A stretch of DNA of 64,000 nucleotides, taken from a virus. Position 1 is the first letter of the stretch; each line of letters starts with the position of its first letter. The stretch lies in the IMG/VR virus record IMGVR_UViG_3300042553_000685, one strand, 5' to 3'. Of this stretch, positions 53,079 to 62,000 are shown piece by piece. The position numbers were made by a program, and so were the translations under genes. The notes beneath the pieces were generated by a model. It ran no database searches. It had not been told where the DNA came from and saw nothing but the letters and a program-made list of their open reading frames with translations.

Positions 53079-56000
53079 ATGAGGCCACTGCCCGCTAAAG
53101 TAGGCAGTTTTTCAGCTATAGCTCTATTTAATAGGTTTTGTACTCTACTGATGGATATCAATAGCTCACTATTCTCTAGTAATCGATTTAATGACAGTGC
53201 TCGTTGGAATGCTCTCTACCGTATTCCTGAGGATACGCGCAGTAGATTATTACAGGGCTATAATCCTCTAGAAGTATTAATGGACCCTAACTTTATACCG
53301 CCTGGTACCGACGCCTCTATGGAGATGGTGCTAGCTGATGCTTTCTATGATAGGGTAGTTGATACTAGTAGTAGTCGAGCTGCTATCTCGAGTCTGTGGG
53401 ATAGTATGGAGGGCCCCGCTCGTCAGGAGTACTTCGAATACATGGCAGGTATGGGGGGTACAGCTACTCCTGCCCGTACCCAGACCGATGATATGCTTAA
53501 TTGGATGGCCCAGCGAGATCAGCTCACTATGCGGTCTAACCTAGAGGGCATAGACGATGAACGCCGCCTACTACTAGAGAATCGCTCTAGCATGTTGGAT
53601 CTAATATCTGATGATGGTTATAATGTACGGCCCGGCTTACTACCTATTGCCGCGCTAGTAGATACAGCAGAGAGAGAACTGCGTATAGACATTTATCAGT
53701 TCCAGAATGAGCGCGCTATAGATATGGTGGGTGAAGCTGTAGAGAGAATGGCTGGTAGTGGCCAGGGCGGCCGTGTGGTAGTTCGTATGGCTGCTCCATC
53801 TGAGACTGATGGAGACTCTCGTAAGAATTATGATATCCTGGGCCCCAACATTATGTTTTATAAGCGGCTGTCTTATCTACGGGACCGCTTCGGGAGTAAT
53901 GTAGATATAGATATCCAATGGGCTGATAGACGTAATCACCCTAAGTTCTTCGTTAGTGATAGGGCCGCTCTCATAGGTACGATGAACGTGACGCGGCCAC
54001 TAGGACAATCGCTAGAACAGGCGGGCTCTAATGTAGAGTTCACGCGGACTATACGCACTAACCTGACCTATAGCCAAATACAGGATGCCGATAGGGGTAT
54101 ACTGCCTGACATTATAACGCGAGCTGATAAGTTATACCTACAGGCCCGTGATGTTATGGATAGATTAGATGGTGGCGATAGAGTTCTATTCACGGGGCAG
54201 GATAGTATAGGTGGTGCTGGTGATGTTAATACTGCTCTACGCCGCCATATAGGTGAGCTCATTAATAGGCCTACTATCGATGGTAAAACGGGCCGCCTCT
54301 ATATGGTACTCAATCAGGTGTTCCTGCTCAAGCACGATAAGACCCTGATGGCAAGCCAGCTTAAAGGAGAGATGGGAGAGAATCCTGAGCATGAGAGAAC
54401 ACTATCGGGTTACCAGGCATACATGCAAGCCAGAGAGCAGGAATACTCTAAGCTCCAGGCTAATGTATTAGATCTGGTTATAGAGGGCCGCGCTCGTATA
54501 GGAGTAGATGTACATACCTATCGAGAGGATGTGCAGGACCCTATGAGCCGCTTACTACTGAGCAACCAGAAACTAGCTGCTGAGTTATCTCAATCTAATT
54601 ATGACGTGGCCCGCTGGATTAAGGAAAGCCGGGGTACTGATGTTAGTGATATGGCTAACGTGCTGAGCACGTATGGTTTCTATAGTGGAGATCTCGAAGG
54701 CCGGCAGCGTATGGCCCGACAATTATTAGCTATAGCTAGCGGTAATATAGAGCCGACCGCAGTACCGCGCAGCCACGTTAAGGCATACCTGGCAACCTAC
54801 GAGAATGATGTCATAAATCAAGGGGCCGGGCCTGGCATGCAGAATATAAACAATCGTCAGGCCTTCGATATCCTGGGTGGTAGTCAGGGATCTAGTAACT
54901 ATGGCCTTAATTCTCTGGCAGATAATGATGATCCCCTGAGCCGCCGACTCGTTAACCAGGAGATCAATATAATTTACGATAGGGTGGGTGGGACAAGCCT
55001 TCTCAGTCTCTCTGATGAGGAGCGTGATGAGGAGAATAGGGAATACGCGCGGGCCTTCTATAAATTACAGAGCTCCCTGGGAATACAACGAATAGGTGAG
55101 ACTCCTTATATTGGTCGGGACCGTAGGTCTATGTATGGTAATAGGGTAGATAGAGGAGCCATACTGGACCTAATCAGCGAAATAGAGAGAGTTAATGCGG
55201 CTGTCGGCTCTGAGATTATAGGCGTACAGCGAGACTACGATGGTCTTAACCTAGAGGGCGCTACTCTAACACTCAATAAGGGCCTACCTACTCAGCGTGT
55301 ATATAGATGGGGTGCCTATAAGAACGCTAGTGGACGGGGGCCCGCCGCCTTCATAGATATAAGTGGGGGTCGTCAGATAGAGTCAGCTGAGCTATTCAAT
55401 ACTGGCACAATGCGTATGGAGCTGGCTATGGAACGTGATGGTCTTGGTGTGGGTCTGGATCCTCGTAGACGCCTGCGCCTTAATCCACTGGATGTAGTAG
55501 TGGGTCTTATGAGCTCTATTGCGTTAGAGAGTGAGACTACTCGTTTAGTGCGGGCCCCACTTATGGAGTACCAGAGGTACTATAGCCCTGATAATATACG
55601 CGCCGCCCAGGCCGTACAGCGCGACCCCGGCGCTCAGTATCAGAGTGCCATAAACTTCTTCGAGAAGCTATTGGGTGTGAGTGGTCTTGACCTAACCACA
55701 GACGAGGGTACTAGTAGAGTACAGCAGGGCCTCAGTAACCTGACCTCCTTGTTCTACTCTAGTGACCCTGATCTAGATCGTATACGAGACCTAGCGAGTA
55801 TATCTCGTATTGATAGCCGCCGTAGAGTGGCCTTCGAGGAACTATCTAACATATTTCTTACCTATGCGCGGTCTGTAGATGAGAGAGGCCTACCCATAAT
55901 AGACCTAGAGGCACACCGTAGAGGGGCCCTTAATCTTGCCGCTAATAAGCTATATGAGATTATGGATCAGGGCCCTATGTTCGCTGATGTGTTATTCAAG

Positions 56001-59000
56001 TTTATCGAATCCCAGAATGATAGCCGTTATAAGACTGATGTGCGCGAGAGGTTAAAGGAGATACATGATAGTGCATTCGCCGCGTTCCTTACTCCTACAC
56101 AGGCTCGTAATTATGGTTCTACACAAGCAAGTAATCGTTTACTGGCCTATGGCTTTGGTCAGGGTAGGCAGCCCGCTGGTATATCTATAGTTAATGCTGC
56201 ACTACGTCGTATTAAGGCTAATGAGACTGCCTTTAGTAATCTGAGTGCCTTTGCTTATACTGCTAGCCCACTGCCTATAGGTCCGGTATCTGACCTTGGT
56301 GTAGGCGATGACTTCCTCTTTGTACGAGTTGCTGAAGGTAATATAGACTCTACGGCTACTGATGAGAGCCAGTACTTTACTGGCTATAGTAATGTGCTAC
56401 CTCTATCTCGCCGTGCCACTGCCAGTGAGGTCTTCGACCTATCCATCATACGCAGTACTGGTGTGGGGGATATCATACGGCGAGATGAGCTGAGCGAATA
56501 CATGAAGGCAGTGAGTCATTTGGGTATAGACCGCTCCCTGCTAGAGGCAGAGTTTGATGCCCGCGGCGATAACCTACTCCGGTTCTTCTTTGATCCTAAT
56601 AAGCCGGATCAGGTGCCTCAGCGTCTTAAGAACGTGATTGGTATGCGCCCGCTCATGGATATAAGCGAGGGTTATACCCAGGTATTGGAGTTAGTTAGTC
56701 CCACTAATACTGGTAAGGTCATACCTGAGTTGACCCCCGTTAGGTATCGAGCCCGTTACGGAGGTAGCGATGTAGATGTACTGCAGGGCAGTATGTATCA
56801 GGACGCATACCTAGCTGACCTGCGCGCCGGGTTAGATGCACGTGGACTAGATAGTAGTATCGTAGATGATAGCTATCGCTATGGTGCTATATTCAGTGGT
56901 AGAATATCTCGCTTTATGAGTAGTGAGGCGGCTGTAGAATTAGAGGCTATACGGTATGAATTAGCCGACCGCCTGGGTATCGATAGTGAGGATATACCCA
57001 CTGAGGATGATAGCGTACTGGCCGAGCTATTCCGCGCTACTATAGTGCAATCTCAACTCTTCGCTAGTAGAGAGCGTGGATTGATAGGCTCTGGACGGGC
57101 CCGCCCTACTGTTATGATTATGGCACTGGAGGGAGCCTATAGTGACTACGCGTATGCTAACCCTCTACATAGGGTAAGACGCGGCTTCCTAGATCAGGCT
57201 ACTAAGAGTAGTAAGGCTAGTCTATTAGGACGAGACTGGACATTCGATAATGTACTAGTGAGTAGCGATGACCGTATTGTATTCGATGAGAGAGAGCAGC
57301 GCTACTATCTACTAGATAGAGAGGGGCGTCGTAAGCAGGCTATCACTAGTCGTAGTGAGATGCGCGTGTTCCTAGACCAGATAGAGAGTACATCTCGTAA
57401 TCCTAATATGGGGGCCGCTATGGCTACTAGTGCCGCAGCCGGTATACGCGGCGAGTACGCTATTGAGCAGCTACTACAGGTTAGTAGGCTGACTGGTAGC
57501 GATGCTACTAATGAAGTGCAGGTGCAGATACAATTCCTACGCACTCTACTTGAGGGTGGCTCTCGACGGGTAGAGGCAGAGCGCGGTCTGGCTAAGATAG
57601 TCCCTGTGTTCCTGAGCGAGGATATTATGCGTAGTGAGGTGTTCCCCACTATACAGCAAGGGGGCTATCATAGTGCCCTCGAGATAGAGGACATCCAGTA
57701 TATAATCAGCCCTACTAACCTGAAGAGCTACGCATTCAACCACGGGGCTACTCTACTTACTTATAATGGCGGGGAGCTATTCCGTCGGGGGGTACTAGAA
57801 CGGAATGATCAGCAGATAGCGGCCGCTCTCCTTTCCATAACTGATTCGCGTCTCTTTAGTAATAATAGCAATATCAATATAGACAGTGTCTATATAGAGA
57901 TAGCACAGTTGGCAGCGCAGGGGCGGCTCGGTAATTACTATCGTGACCTCTATATGTCTACTATGCTGGAACTTATGCGGAGTGATAAGCTAGGAGATGG
58001 CTCCCCTCATCTCGAAATAGGTAGGAAGCTAGTACGCGGGGGTGATGGTGCTATTAATAGACTACAGAGTCCTGTTCTAGGGGCCATTGATATATCAGAG
58101 ATAATGACAGCCCTGCGTAGTGGAACTAGTAGCGGGGCATTATCCGATAAGGTAGGTCTGATAGTAGATGCAGCAGATGCAGCGCGCAGGGGTTATGTAG
58201 ATACTGGGGCTATGGGCCGCGGCTTTGAGCGCGCTGCTATAGCCGGTAATCTAGAGATTATGATGCAGCTCATGTCGCTTAATAATACCCTAGAGCTCAA
58301 GACTACGCCAGTGACTGGTAGCGATAGTATATCTCGTCATGCGTATGCGGCTATGAGCGCTATAGCAGGTGTTACGCAGGCAGATGAGATAAGCGTAGGC
58401 CAGGAGAACGTGGCCGTTATGCTCGATAGATTGAGTAATTACTCTCGCTATGTAGTGCTATATAATGCCGTGATGGGTAGTAGCTCTAAGGTGCCATTGA
58501 GTAGTAAGGACACTGCGCAACTAGAAATGCAGCATATAGTATCTAGTCCCTTCATGGCTAACGTGGATAAATTCAAGCGTGATGGTAGTGTTGATAGTAT
58601 GCGTAGGGCTATCCTTGGCGTCATGAAGATGGCCATAGGGGCAGACCCCAATAAGATAGCGGTGGATGACATCCCTATGTATGACCTGGCTAGTCTGGAC
58701 TTCCACGCTAACTCTACGTTGGGAGAAATACTACTAGGGGCCTATAACGATGCGCGGGCCCCATTAAGCGATATAACTAATCTACGCGAACGATACAGGC
58801 AGTTCCACACTGCCTTGTCTCTACTCGAGAGTGCCAGTGATACTGACATGGTGTCATATACTAGAGGGTCGGGCCTCGATATTACTAATGTTACTCATAC
58901 TATACTTGATGAGATAGCGACATGGATGGGGCAACCTGCTGGGACTGATAGAGATACTCTGCGTAATGTAGTGCGCCAGTCACTTCGTGTCCTGAAGAAT

Positions 59001-62000
59001 GATATATATGCCCATGCGTCTCGCTGGCGTCTAGCAGGGGATAAGGTACTGGGTGTAGAGGCTACTGAAGCTACCGTGCAGTCAATGGGCCAGAGGGGTC
59101 TTCGTCGTATAGCTTATGAGTTCCCCTCCTTCCGTATAGAGGGGAATAACGTTGTATTCAATACAACTATTAAGGATAGGGGATTTATCCTGAGTCCTGA
59201 GGACGTGAGGATAGCAGGTATCCAGTTCGGTAGCCACGAGAATGAGATAGCTGCTGCTACGGTAGATAAGTGGATTATGCTGGCCCCCGGTAGTGCAGTA
59301 CGCGATATCTTCGAGAAGGTGGCCATTGAGTCTGGCTCGAGGACTACTGTTGAACTGGAGGGCCTCAGTGACTTCCAGATACAGGAGTTGACTCGGTTCC
59401 AGGAACTCAACAACACTTATGAGGCCCGCGTTTATAATGACCTGGCGAGCGCATATCTGCAGTCTATCACTGGTAATAAGATAGGCGTGACAGGTACTAC
59501 TGGTGTGGGGGCCGCTAGCTGGTATGTACCTGTGCGCGGCGCCGTACTAGCAGAGGCCACTATGGAGCGCTTCGGTACGCGAGGTAGTCAGACACGAGAG
59601 GAGATACTTACTAGATTAGGGGACCATCTTAAGAATAACCTGTCTGTTATTGGCCAGTCAGGTGATAAGAGAATTGGTCGTAGGTTAATACAACAGCAGA
59701 TATACGCTATAACTGAGGGCCTCAGTATAGCGGGCATGTATGGGCTGGAGGCAATAGTAGATAAAAGTAAGAACTTCCAGAGCAAAGCGGCCGGTATAAG
59801 AAAACTGGCTCCTGATTCACAGGCAGCTGAATACGCTCAACTAGAGATAGAAATTAAAGTTGAGATGGATAGATTCAGTAGCATGAAATTCAGCGGTAGC
59901 GGGGATTCTCTGATATCTACTCTAGGTGAAGCCGAGATGGGCACAATACTAGAATCTCTGCCTGGAGCTGAAACTCATAAGTATAGAGATCTGGGTCACT
60001 TACCTGTTATTATCTCCGGGCTCATGATAGGTAGTCATGGCCCGTCCCGCTCTATCATACCTGATAATATGCGTATCTACATTGACACTAATGCATTAGG
60101 TAATAGGTTTGATAACCTGGATCTACTACAGGGCCGCATACGTAAGAATCCCATAGACCTATCCTTCTTCAGTGATACGCGTGGTAAGGATGGTGCTGAG
60201 ATGCTGAATATATTCTCTACTAGACTAGATAGTCTAGAGAGAACTATTAATGCCGTGACCTCTGCTGTAGATACGTATTTAGAAGGTAAGAGCCCCCGGG
60301 GCACTGATTTACATAATAGAGGCGTGGCTCTCATAGCTCAGTATAGGAAGCTGGTAGATAACGCAAACGCCGCCTATGCAGTGGAACTAGATACAGTAAT
60401 GGCTAATCGTGCAGCGCGCGATTCATTATTCATAATGAATAGTACTCTGCAGGCTGATATGAGTATGTTCTTCACTGAGCTGGAGTTAACGAGAGCCTGG
60501 ATTCAACGTAGCCCGCCCCCTGGGAACACCCATCTCGATAAGCTGGTGTTCGGCTTAGATACACTCAATAGTATTAATAACATATACCGGGACCTAACTG
60601 GCAGTGGCTTTAACTTCTTTGATGATACTCGTAATAAGTCGTTGACTCTACTTAATCCTATTAGCTTTATAACTAGTAACCTAGGGGACTTCGATGGGGA
60701 TACCTTCAGCGCTATATTCTTCAATTACTCTCAAATGAAGTTGCAGCGCGATGATATGCTGGAACGAGCTAAGGAACGGCGGGAGATGGCATCTCAGGCC
60801 GCTGATCCCGCTAAGCGTACCATTCTAGAGAAGCAAGCTAATGACCTAGATATGCGCGCCAGTGCTTTACTGGATACTATACAGCAGGTAACCACTAATG
60901 CTAATTGGAATGAGTATACCGACTCAGTGTATAGCTGGGTAGCGGGCTATATGAAATTAGATAAGGGTATGCTGGAACAGCGAGGTATAGAACATGCCCT
61001 GGTATTAGTAGAACAGTCCCGCGGTCTCTTTGGTATGATGGAGGACGTATACGCGCGTATACAGCCGGCCCATGAGCCCCTATTAGAATTAATACAGCAG
61101 AGCAGAACTGATAATGCAGTTGATATAGTTAATAGATTATCTACCTCTACAGACCAGAACATACTAACCGATCTCGTTAATAACCCTGATACGGGGCCAT
61201 TCGTGCGGGCTAGTCTACATGATATCCTGAGCGCTACAGGTAATGATCAAGAAGAGAAGGCCTATGACTTCCTGCATAAACTAACTGCTGTTAATGCCCG
61301 CGATAATCTCAGCAAGTACATGAAGCGCGCTGATGGTAGTGTCATGAGCGGCGGCCAATTCGATATGATGCAGAAGGTACTGGGCCAGGCAGGTAGTGTA
61401 ATCCTCGGTAAGACGTATAACACTACCGTGGGTATGCTATACGAGCGCTCCCCTATCATGGCTGTGTCTCACGCACTAGAGAATAGCCCGGCTCTACAGG
61501 ATGACATGCGCCGTATACTAATCGATCAGGGTATGGCAGGAGGCATGAGCGCGAGTGATGCTAACCTAGAGGCCGATAGTAAGATAGTGGATATACAGAG
61601 ACTGGCTCGCCAGAGTAGAACAGAGGTAGGCGAGGTAGGCACATTCCTGCAAGAGATACAACAAATGCTACGGGACGCTATTAAGCCTAAGATGGGGGGT
61701 GCTGAGTTCCTAGAGAACTTATCGCAGTACCATAAGCGCTTTGTAGATGCTGTCGATGATGTGGAGCGCCAGCGTGTAGTAGATGATATGAGTAGACTAC
61801 TACCATCTATAACTCCTCTATTTAAGTTAGATGCGTATATAGGAGCTCATAAAGAATTACTGGCATCAGCTACTAATGATGCCCAGGACTCTAAGATTAA
61901 TGATCTGCTGACTAAGCTATCCATTGGAGAAACTGAGCAGTTAGATTTATCTCGTCGATTGAGCGTACTGCGAAGAGATGAGATAGGTACCCATAGCCGC

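Noticed and set aside
53079-53151. Certainty about the giant ORF start codon
   Set aside because: ATG 53079 lies only 3 nt after a TATAAT box, and an in-frame ATG at 53151 (MDINSS...) is an alternative. Neither has an SD, so the start cannot be decided from sequence alone. I kept the track coordinate.
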